NCBI GenBank assembly: GCA_040767965.1 | Contig: JAXGNR010000004.1 | Coordinates: forward strand, 32,001-96,000 | DNA length: 64,000 bases | Source of the DNA: Atribacterota bacterium | Lineage (GTDB): Bacteria > Atribacterota > Phoenicimicrobiia > Phoenicimicrobiales > Stramentimicrobiaceae | Direction of reading: 5' to 3' | Shown here: positions 53,089 through 61,297 of the stretch, in pieces | How the letters are laid out: each line of letters opens with the position of its first letter | How positions within the stretch are numbered: position 1 is the stretch's first letter | The notes under the pieces: generated by a model | Databases searched by the model: none | Told to the model about the DNA's origin: nothing | What the model saw: only the letters and a program-made list of their open reading frames with translations | Position numbers and translations under genes: made by a program

Positions 53089-55272
53089 TTATCCTTCGAT
53101 ATTTCCACATATTCGATTAATAATATCTTCATATTTTTCATGAATAATAAATCTTTTTAATTTAAAGCTTTCAGTTATTTCACCTTTTTCTTGAGTGAAT
53201 TCATCTTTTAACAAGGCAATTCCCATAACTGTTTCAAAAGGCTGGAAGCCGTTTTCCCTGGAAATTAATCTTTTTTGTTCTTTCTGGAATAGAGAAACAA
53301 TTTCAGTATTATTGGTTAAATCTTCATAATCTTGGAAGGAAATGTTTTTTCTTTGAGCATATTCTTTAATTGATTCAAAGTCAGGTACAATCAAAGCACC
53401 TAATCTTGGCATGTCCTGCCCTACTATAATAACTGTATTAATATAAGGACTTTCTTTTAATTTATATTCCAAAGGTTGTGGTTCAACATTTTCTCCACCC
53501 ATTAATACAATAGTATCTTTAATTCTACCAATGATCTTTAAATATTTTCCGTTATAGGTCTTTTTCCCCAGATCTCCGGTATTGAACCATCCATCCTGAA
53601 GTATTTCAGCAGTCTTTTTTTCATTTTTATAATAACCTTTCATGACCAGGTCACCTTTTACCATTACTACTCCAGCCTGTCCATGGGTCATTTCGTCTAT
53701 TAAGTTTTCTTTATCAACAATTTTAACAATTGTTTCCGGGATAGGTTCACCCACTGTAAAAATAACTGGGTTGGTTTGGCTTCTTCCAGCTACAACAGGA
53801 GCGGTCTCAGTTAATCCATATCCTTCTAAAACACATATATCAGCGGCATCTAAAAAGATATCAATATCGCTTTGTAATGCTCCACCCCCACTTATAGCAA
53901 ACTTTACTTCACCACCCAGTGTATCTCTAATTTTTTTAAAAACCACTTTATTTACTAAATTATATTGCCAGGATAGGCGATTTTTTATTTTTTTAGCATC
54001 CTCAAGCTCATGATCTGAATAATTATTGCGATCAAAAAGTGGGATTGTATTTTCCAACATTCTATTAGCCATTTTATATTTTTTGGCAATTTCTAAAGAA
54101 TATTCAAAAAGCCACTTTTGAAGCGGACTTCCTTTTTTAATTTTACCAACAATGCCTTTATAGAGGCTATCCCAAATCCTTGGTACTGTACAGAGTACAG
54201 TAGGTTTTTCCAAAAGGAGATCTGGTAAAAGAATTTGTTTAAAAGGTTTACTGTAAGCCGTGGAACCTCCAAAACTAATTGTGCAGTATTCAACAGTTCT
54301 CTCATAGATATGCCAGGAAGGAAGCACTGAAAGAAAACGGTCTTTTTCATTTAGATCTCCTATTGCTCCAGGCAAATTATTTACATTATGGATAATATTT
54401 CTATGAGTCAGCATTACTCCTTTTGGATCAGAGGTAGTGCCTGAAGTATAAATAATTGTAACCAGCTCATCTGGTTGAGCTTTCTGGGAGATTTCAATAA
54501 AACGTCGATCATTTTTTTCTAAAAGTTGTTTTCCTGACTGACTTATTTTTTTAAAGGAATAAATTTTCGGCAAACCGTCAATTTTGTTATCTTTAACAAG
54601 GTATAGGCTTTGACCAATAATTTTCTCTATTTCCGTTGTATTTTTAAGATTAAATTTTTTAACTAACGCCTCTCCTTTGGCAAGAAGGTATTCCTGTAAG
54701 AATTGTTTCGCTTTTTCAGAAACAAAAATGTAGTTAGATTGGTTTTCAATAACTGCACTAATTCTTTTATAAAAAGCATTGCTAATTTCTCCATTCAACT
54801 GGAAAGAGATTGCAGTTGTCCATTCTGGAGCTTCTTCTTCAGTAGAGAATATTTTAACTTTGTCAAGGATTATCAGTTTTTCTATATTAGAAAGCTGAGA
54901 AGAGATTTTTAAGAATTCTACAAGCACTTTCTCTCCTTCTAGTATGCTGGCAATAGAATCAGAATGTTTTAATTTAAAAGCAATATCTTTTGCGTAACTG
55001 TTTCCGCTGGCAGGTACATCTACTGCACCGATACCGATAATAGCCAGGTCGCTTAGAATCCATTCCAGTCGATTTTCAGAAATTAACCCAATATGGTCTC
55101 CCTTTTTAAAGCCTAATTCCAATAAACCTGTGCCTAATTCCTGTACTTTTTGGTAAAATTCAGTATAACTAATTGAAATAAACTGTTTATTTTTTTTTAT
55201 TTTAAAAGCAGGTCTATCTTTAAATCTTTCTGCGCTCTGGACTAGCATTTCATTTAGAGTAGTAAGCGGCAT
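53089..55272 (-). CDS. Long-chain fatty acid-CoA ligase (AMP-dependent synthetase) with a ~90-aa insertion
   Basis: IYTSGTTSDPKG, LPSWHIYE, EGYGLTET, WFNTGDLG and GRIKD..VLMGGENVEP. Confidence 0.9.
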   Translation of the reverse strand: MPLTTLNEMLVQSAERFKDRPAFKIKKNKQFISISYTEFYQKVQELGTGLLELGFKKGDHIGLISENRLEWILSDLAIIGIGAVDVPASGNSYAKDIAFKLKHSDSIASILEGEKVLVEFLKISSQLSNIEKLIILDKVKIFSTEEEAPEWTTAISFQLNGEISNAFYKRISAVIENQSNYIFVSEKAKQFLQEYLLAKGEALVKKFNLKNTTEIEKIIGQSLYLVKDNKIDGLPKIYSFKKISQSGKQLLEKNDRRFIEISQKAQPDELVTIIYTSGTTSDPKGVMLTHRNIIHNVNNLPGAIGDLNEKDRFLSVLPSWHIYERTVEYCTISFGGSTAYSKPFKQILLPDLLLEKPTVLCTVPRIWDSLYKGIVGKIKKGSPLQKWLFEYSLEIAKKYKMANRMLENTIPLFDRNNYSDHELEDAKKIKNRLSWQYNLVNKVVFKKIRDTLGGEVKFAISGGGALQSDIDIFLDAADICVLEGYGLTETAPVVAGRSQTNPVIFTVGEPIPETIVKIVDKENLIDEMTHGQAGVVMVKGDLVMKGYYKNEKKTAEILQDGWFNTGDLGKKTYNGKYLKIIGRIKDTIVLMGGENVEPQPLEYKLKESPYINTVIIVGQDMPRLGALIVPDFESIKEYAQRKNISFQDYEDLTNNTEIVSLFQKEQKRLISRENGFQPFETVMGIALLKDEFTQEKGEITESFKLKRFIIHEKYEDIINRICGNIEG

Positions 55273-55576
55273 AATCAACCTCCTTTTTCTTTGATTATAT
55301 TATTTAACTGAAATATTTAATTGTGTTAAAATTAGTACTAACTACTAATAGCAAGTATATAATATTTAGTTCAAAAAAGTCAATTTTGTTATTTATAGAA
55401 TTTTTTAAACTTAAAATAGGGAATATTGAAATATAAAAAATGATTAATTATTTTTACAATTATTTTATATTAATATATTTGTCATTATAACAGAAAAAGG
55501 GTAAAATATAATTTAAATTAGGAAGATAATAAAATTAAAAAGAATAATTTAACTTGTAGAAAGCAATTAGATATCA

Positions 55577-55664
55577 TGTTATAATTTATTATAATAATGA
55601 TCTTGGTATAAAAAAGATAATTAATTGTTTAGCTCAAGACCACCAATGAATAAGCTTTATTCAT
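55577..55664 (+). promoter_or_regulatory. Putative extended -10 promoter and inverted repeats upstream of parA-ftsZ
   Basis: TGTTATAAT (55577-55585) overlaps the palindrome TTATAAT-TT-ATTATAA. A second palindrome ATGAATAA-GCT-TTATTCAT lies at 55646-55664. Confidence 0.45.
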
Positions 55665-55804
55665 AAAAAATGTGCTGTTATTGATACAAGGTAAATATTA
55701 ATAAAAAGTAAAAATACAAATTTAATGTTATTTTAAAATATTTTAATACTAATTTTTATAATTCTGTAATTTTAGAAATTGTAATATTTTAGGGGGTATA
55801 AGGC

Positions 55805-56611
55805 TTGCGGATCTTGTCTGTTGCTAATCAAAAAGGCGGAGTAGCAAAAACAACTACTACTATTAATTTAGGAACTTGTTTATGTGAATATGGGAAAAAA
55901 GTTCTTTTAATTGACATGGATCCACAGGCACATACCAGTATTGGTTTGGGGATTGAACCTGATGATTTGGATAAAACAATGTTAAATGTCCTGGAACCAA
56001 AACGATCTTCCAGTAAACTTGAATTAGATGATGTGGTTATACAGTTAAAAGAAATATGCAATGGCAATTTATATGTTGCTCCCAGTAGTATGGACTTTGC
56101 CAGTGCGGAGTATAAATTAATAGACCAGATAGGAAGAGAAGACTTTTTAAATATTAGTATCCAGAACAGTAAATATGATTTTGATTATGTTATAATTGAT
56201 TGTCCTCCTTCTTTGGGTATTTTAACAATCAATGCCTTAAAAGCCTCAAATGAGGTAATAATTCCTATTCAGCCTCACTTTTTTGCTTTACGTGGTGTTG
56301 AAGAATTTGTAGAAACCATTGAAGTTGTCCGTCATAATCTGCATCATCCATTAGAAATTTTTGCACTTATTACCATTGCTGATACTAGAAGTAATATATC
56401 TAAAGAAGCAATTGAAGAAATTAGGAGTTATTTTAAAGAAAGAGCTTTTAAGACCATAATAAGAAAAAATGTGACACTGGTAGAATCTTCCAGTGAAGGT
56501 ATGCCAGTTATTTATTATAATCCTAAATCTCATGGTGCTGAAGACTATTCAGAACTTGCCAAAGAGGTGATTTCCTTTGAAAAAGAAAAAATTAGCGCGC
56601 GGATTTACTAA
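55805..56611 (+). CDS. parA: Soj/ParA-family ATPase
   Basis: [12 protein letters not shown] (deviant Walker A), [16 protein letters not shown] and IRKN basic DNA-binding positions, [12 protein letters not shown]. No N-terminal HTH and no MinD-type membrane helix. TTG start with SD AGGGGG. Confidence 0.93.
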   Translation: MRILSVANQKGGVAKTTTTINLGTCLCEYGKKVLLIDMDPQAHTSIGLGIEPDDLDKTMLNVLEPKRSSSKLELDDVVIQLKEICNGNLYVAPSSMDFASAEYKLIDQIGREDFLNISIQNSKYDFDYVIIDCPPSLGILTINALKASNEVIIPIQPHFFALRGVEEFVETIEVVRHNLHHPLEIFALITIADTRSNISKEAIEEIRSYFKERAFKTIIRKNVTLVESSSEGMPVIYYNPKSHGAEDYSELAKEVISFEKEKISARIY

Positions 56612-57971
56612 AATATTAGATTACAAACAAGAGCTTATCAGGGATACTTCTCAGGGGTTAGAGAAAGAGACAGAAGAGCCAACTGATCTGTTTGATGTAA
56701 ACGGTGAATTAATTAGCCAGGAAATTAAAAATGACCCACCTCCTGTAGAAGAACAGCAAATTGAAGAATTTGTGAATATTAAAGTGATTGGCATTGGTGG
56801 TAGCGGCAATAATGCTATCGAAGAAATGACCAATAACCCTATTAATGGCCTAAAGTTAATTGCACTCAATACCGATTTACAAGCATTGACTTTGTCTAGA
56901 GCCAGCCAGAAAATACAAATTGGGAAATTAACCACCCGTGGATTAGGTGCTGGGGGAGATCCTGAAGTAGGTAAAAAGGCTGCTGAAGAAGATAGAAACT
57001 CAATTTCTAAAGTATTAGAAGATGCTGATATAGTATTTATTACTGCAGGGATGGGAGGAGGCACCGGCAGCGGAGCTGCTCCTGTGGTAGCTGAAATTGC
57101 TAAAAGAGAAGGAGCCCTGACCATTGGTGTAGTAACTCGCCCATTTAGCTTTGAAGGCAAGAAACGGATAACACAAGCCGAACAAGGAATTGAAGCTCTT
57201 AAGAAACAGGTAGATGCTTTAATTACCATTTCTAATGATAGGCTATTAAATATGATCAGTAAAGATACTTCAGTGAAAGAAGCCTTTGAAATAACGGATA
57301 GAGTTTTAAGACAATCAGTACAGGCTATAGCAGACCTGATTACTATTCCGGGGTTGATTAATCTTGATCTGGCAGATGTTCGAGCAGTTATTAAAGATGC
57401 CGGATTAGCACTGGTTGGAATAGGTGTAGGCAGAGGCAATAATAAAGGAACAACTGCAGCTGAAGCAGCTATCTCAAGCCCGCTGTTAGAGGTATCTATT
57501 AAAGGATCCAATTCAATTCTGGTGAATGTTACCGGAGGTCTGGATATGAGCCTTTATGAAATTAATCAAATCGTTGATTTAGTATCTAAATCCGCTGGAA
57601 ATGAAGCTAATGTTGTTTTTGGCGCAATTATATCTGAAAAAATGCAGGATGAAATAAGAGTTACTGTAATTGCCACTAAATGTGAAAAGAATGAAAATGA
57701 TTCTCAAAATAATATTGAAACTGAAACAATCCAAGACAGAATTGAGAAAGAAGAGAATAGGGTTGATGAAAGAGATTTTATCAGTAATCGATACCAGGGG
57801 AATTTAAGAACAGAAAAGAACAACAGAAAAGATTCTCCTTTAGAAGAAGAAAAAGTACTGGAAAAAGAAATTCCCTTTAAGCTTGAGGATGAAGGTATTT
57901 CAAAGAAATATAAAAATGAAGAAGATTTAGATATACCAACTTTCATAAGAAATAGAAATAGAAGATATTAG
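56577..57971 (+). CDS. ftsZ: FtsZ (divergent, outside the dcw cluster) with a ~62-aa N-terminal extension starting with a ParB-like peptide
   Basis: [35 protein letters not shown]7 loop [10 protein letters not shown] and C-terminal core [18 protein letters not shown] is 7 nt before the TTG at 56577. Confidence 0.95.
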   Translation: MKKKKLARGFTKILDYKQELIRDTSQGLEKETEEPTDLFDVNGELISQEIKNDPPPVEEQQIEEFVNIKVIGIGGSGNNAIEEMTNNPINGLKLIALNTDLQALTLSRASQKIQIGKLTTRGLGAGGDPEVGKKAAEEDRNSISKVLEDADIVFITAGMGGGTGSGAAPVVAEIAKREGALTIGVVTRPFSFEGKKRITQAEQGIEALKKQVDALITISNDRLLNMISKDTSVKEAFEITDRVLRQSVQAIADLITIPGLINLDLADVRAVIKDAGLALVGIGVGRGNNKGTTAAEAAISSPLLEVSIKGSNSILVNVTGGLDMSLYEINQIVDLVSKSAGNEANVVFGAIISEKMQDEIRVTVIATKCEKNENDSQNNIETETIQDRIEKEENRVDERDFISNRYQGNLRTEKNNRKDSPLEEEKVLEKEIPFKLEDEGISKKYKNEEDLDIPTFIRNRNRRY

Positions 57972-58024
57972 TTTTATTTGTTAAAATTAAGGATGTATAT
58001 TCTAGGATTTTATGGAAAATTGCC

Positions 58025-58660
58025 TTGATGGAGAAAAAGGAAAAACAACAGTTTTCATTTTCTACTTACGAAGCTTACAAAAAGATTAAAAAAGATGATC
58101 CGCTTAAATTAATTTATGATGCCATTGATTGGTCTGGTATTAATTCTATTCTTAAAGATGAAGATATTTCTTACAGCAAAAAAGATTTGCTATATACTCC
58201 TATTGCTCTTTTTAAAGCCCAATTCTTGCTTTACCTGGGGGAAGTAAAGTCTAATCGGGATTTAGCGGAAAAATTACGCTTTAATACTAAATACTGTTTA
58301 TTGTGTGGATTTAATAATTTTTTAAAAACGCCTGCTCATTCTACATTTTCTGCTTTTAGAAAAAAAATTGGAGAAAACGCATTTAATAAGGTAATGCAAA
58401 AAATAATAGCTCAAAGCGTCCCTTCTATAATAGAAAACAAGTATGATATTTCTGTAAAAAAACTCCATATCAGCATTTGTTCAAAGGACAACGAGCATAT
58501 AAAGTGCAACTGCAAAGGTAAATGCAAATTCAATATATCTTCAAAAGATCAGCAAAAAAATATCAGCAAGAAAAATTATGTTTTCATAAATAAAAAAATT
58601 AAATTATTTATAGATAAAAAAACCGGTAAGCCAATAGGGGCGGAAATAAAACCAAAATAA
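58025..58660 (+). CDS. Transposase-derived protein (IS5/IS1182-like DUF772 N-terminal domain, truncated, no DDE triad)
   Basis: DPLKLI..AIDW, Y.P..LFKA, S.RDL, LCGF and TPAHSTFSAFR match the DUF772 pattern. The ORF ends after a degenerate KK.Y.F..K..L..D..TG.PI strand pair. Confidence 0.75.
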   Translation: MMEKKEKQQFSFSTYEAYKKIKKDDPLKLIYDAIDWSGINSILKDEDISYSKKDLLYTPIALFKAQFLLYLGEVKSNRDLAEKLRFNTKYCLLCGFNNFLKTPAHSTFSAFRKKIGENAFNKVMQKIIAQSVPSIIENKYDISVKKLHISICSKDNEHIKCNCKGKCKFNISSKDQQKNISKKNYVFINKKIKLFIDKKTGKPIGAEIKPK

Positions 58661-58782
58661 CCCTTATTAATATTGAAGAAAAACATTCATTTAGCACATT
58701 AGCAATAATTAAAACACTATTAATGATATAGACAGATGGTTAATTTTTAACAAAAATAGTTAAAACAGGAAAGGTTGTAATA

Positions 58783-59547
58783 ATGAAAATACTCTCATGG
58801 AATGTAAATGGATTAAGAGCAATTTATAAAAAAAATTATTTAGAGTGGTTGAACCAGGAACAGGCTGATATTTACTGCATTCAGGAAACAAAATCTCACA
58901 AGGAGCAATTGCCTGACAAATTAATTGATATTCCCGATTATGATAGTTATTTTGCTCAAGCAGAAAGAAAGGGATATAGTGGTACCGCTATATGGAGCAA
59001 GATAAAACCTATTAATGTAGATTATCAGCTTGGTTTGCCTAGATTTGATACTGAAGGTAGGTTGATTCAGGCAGAATATAGTGAATTCACTTTATTTAAT
59101 GTCTATTTCCCTAATGGGAAAGCATCCAAAGAAAGATTAAAATTCAAAATGGACTATTATGAAACATTTTTGAAAAAAATGGACGATTTATTGAGACAAG
59201 ATAAAAAAATAATTATTTGTGGAGATGTGAATACCGCACATCAGGAAATTGACCTGGCCAGGCCTAAAGAAAATGAAAAGGTTTCAGGATTTCTACCAAT
59301 CGAGAGAGAGTGGATTGATCGTCTTCTTAAATTGGGCTTTATAGACACTTTTCGCCATTTTAACAACGAACCGGGACATTATAGCTGGTGGGATTACAAA
59401 ACAAAAGCCAGAGAAAGAAATGTGGGATGGAGAATTGATTATTTTTATATCAGTGAGAATCTGAAAAATAATTTAAAATCTGCTTTTATCCAATCTGATG
59501 TAGAGGGTTCTGACCATTGTCCCATCGGTATTGAATTAGAATTTTAA
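58783..59547 (+). CDS. xth: Exodeoxyribonuclease III / AP endonuclease
   Basis: SWNVNGLRA, QETK, GYSG, YFPNG, GDVN, GWRIDY and SDHCP. Confidence 0.96.
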   Translation: MKILSWNVNGLRAIYKKNYLEWLNQEQADIYCIQETKSHKEQLPDKLIDIPDYDSYFAQAERKGYSGTAIWSKIKPINVDYQLGLPRFDTEGRLIQAEYSEFTLFNVYFPNGKASKERLKFKMDYYETFLKKMDDLLRQDKKIIICGDVNTAHQEIDLARPKENEKVSGFLPIEREWIDRLLKLGFIDTFRHFNNEPGHYSWWDYKTKARERNVGWRIDYFYISENLKNNLKSAFIQSDVEGSDHCPIGIELEF

Positions 59548-60767
59548 TATTTATTTTCATGTCTGTTTTTTTCTTTTAATAAAGCAGCTCTTTGGATATA
59601 ATAGTTTCCATATTTTTCTCTTATCTTGTCTACTGATTCTATTAATGCATTCCACTTTTCTTCCTGTTTTTGGTTATTAGTAAAACTCAGCTGCTGAGGT
59701 TGTTTGCTGTTATATAAAGAAGAAAGCTTTATTCCTATTAGTCTGATTCCTGGCGGCTTGATTGTGATTAACTGCAGTAATTCTTTGGCTTTTTGGAAGA
59801 TATAGTCATCAAGATTTGTTGGTTGTTGAAATGTAATCGATTTTTGGATGGTCTGGAAATTATAGAAACGCACTTTTAAAGTGATTGTCTTCCCCCAATA
59901 TCCCTTTTTTCGGGCATTATAGCCAATGTGTTGACTTAACCCCAGCAGTATTTTTGCCAAACTTTCTTTATCTACTATGTTTTCAGAAAAAGTAATTTCC
60001 CTGCCGATTGATTTACTTTCTTCGGTAGCGCAAACAGGGCTGTCATCTATGCCTTGGGCTAACTGCTTTATTTTAGCCCCATGATCACCCAATATGCTCT
60101 GCAGAATAACATCAGGCATCTGAGAAAGTTGTTTAATAGTAAAAATTCCAGCACGATTAAGCCTTTCAGCGGTTTTGTGACCAATTCCCCATAAATCAGT
60201 TATAGATAGTGATGACAATATTTCGGCTGTATTTTCGTCTGAAATAACAAAAAAACCATTTGGTTTCCCTAGATTTGTAGCAATTTTTGCCAGAAATTTG
60301 TTAGAGGCAATTCCTACCGAAACAGGCAATTGCAGTTCATTCATTACTCTATTTTTAATTTTACGGGCGATATCCTCTACCGCCCCAAAGAGAGATTGAC
60401 AGCTAGTCACATCAAGAAAAGCTTCATCGATGCTTATGGGTTCGATAAAAGGAGTATATTCGCTGCATATGCTAAAAAAATCATGAGAAGCAAGCTGATA
60501 ATATTTAATACGGGTTGGTGCAAAAATAGCATGAGGGCATTTTTGTTTTGCTTCCCATATAGGCATGCCAGAATGAACGCCATATTTTCTAGCCTGATAA
60601 GAGGCTGCGCATACCACTCCTCTCCTGGATAATTCGCCGTTTTCTTTTCTGATGCCCCCTACGATAAGGGGCTTGTCCCGATATATAGGATTGTCTCTTT
60701 GTTCAACAGAAGCAAAAAAGGCATCCAGGTCAAGATGAATTATAGAACGTTTATTTTGAGTAGACAT
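59544..60767 (-). CDS. dinB: DNA polymerase IV (Y family)
   Basis: HLDLDAFFASVE, ASYQAR, SIDEAFLD (catalytic acids intact), NKFLAKIA, KPNG and RLIGI. Confidence 0.95.
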   Translation of the reverse strand: MSTQNKRSIIHLDLDAFFASVEQRDNPIYRDKPLIVGGIRKENGELSRRGVVCAASYQARKYGVHSGMPIWEAKQKCPHAIFAPTRIKYYQLASHDFFSICSEYTPFIEPISIDEAFLDVTSCQSLFGAVEDIARKIKNRVMNELQLPVSVGIASNKFLAKIATNLGKPNGFFVISDENTAEILSSLSITDLWGIGHKTAERLNRAGIFTIKQLSQMPDVILQSILGDHGAKIKQLAQGIDDSPVCATEESKSIGREITFSENIVDKESLAKILLGLSQHIGYNARKKGYWGKTITLKVRFYNFQTIQKSITFQQPTNLDDYIFQKAKELLQLITIKPPGIRLIGIKLSSLYNSKQPQQLSFTNNQKQEEKWNALIESVDKIREKYGNYYIQRAALLKEKNRHENKY

Positions 60768-60805
60768 TTATAATTATCCTTTCTTGCATTTAATTATATC
60801 TTATT

Positions 60806-61297
60806 TTATTTTGATAAGGAACAAATGTCGCTTATTTCCTGGATAATTATTTTTTCTTCCCTGTCTTGATTGCTGATATTGCCTTTCAAAAGGAGCAAAG
60901 CATCTTTTTTAAGTAAAGAAAAATATTCACAAAAGGTTTCGGGAAAAGCTATTGCCTCGAATAATCCAAGTTCATCTTCTAAGAGCAAAAAAGCCATTAT
61001 TTTGTTATTTTTAGTGAATTGCCTGCGAACCTGCACCAGCAATCCAGCAATTTGAACAGATTGACCTGGATTTAGCTGCTCTATATAAGAACTTCTGATA
61101 TCAAGATACCTGCCTGTTATTTTACCTGGTAACATTTTACGATAAACAGAAAGAGGATGGGCACTGGCATAGATGCCCAGAATATCTTTTTCCATCTTTA
61201 AAAGTTCAGGAAGTGAAAAATTATAATCAGGTATTCCCTGTGCAAGTAAAAGTTCTATACTGTTAGTATTTGTTTCATTTTTTAAAAGTGTTGACAT
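60806..61297 (-). CDS. C-terminal part of DNA polymerase III alpha (OB-fold), encoded separately
   Basis: LKMEKDILGIYASAHPL and AG...TKNNKIMAFLLLEDELG..E...FP..F. Own SD AAGGAG; overlaps the end of the upstream dnaE ORF by 16 nt. Confidence 0.88.
   Translation of the reverse strand: MSTLLKNETNTNSIELLLAQGIPDYNFSLPELLKMEKDILGIYASAHPLSVYRKMLPGKITGRYLDIRSSYIEQLNPGQSVQIAGLLVQVRRQFTKNNKIMAFLLLEDELGLFEAIAFPETFCEYFSLLKKDALLLLKGNISNQDREEKIIIQEISDICSLSK

Noticed and set aside
55279-55804. Replication origin or canonical parS next to parA
   Set aside because: No DnaA boxes or parS palindrome seen, and no dnaA/gidA context.
56651-57511. 286-aa antisense ORF inside ftsZ, and similar antisense ORFs in clpB, dapA, dapB, natB and others
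   Set aside because: These are shadow frames of conserved genes, Ser/Pro/Ile-rich, with no motifs or SD.
57977-58754. TTTGTTAAAATTAA / TTAATTTTTAACAAA as terminal inverted repeats around the transposase-like ORF
   Set aside because: The match is almost pure A/T, needs an indel and has no target-site duplication. The left copy is better explained as an extended -10 (TGTTAAAAT).
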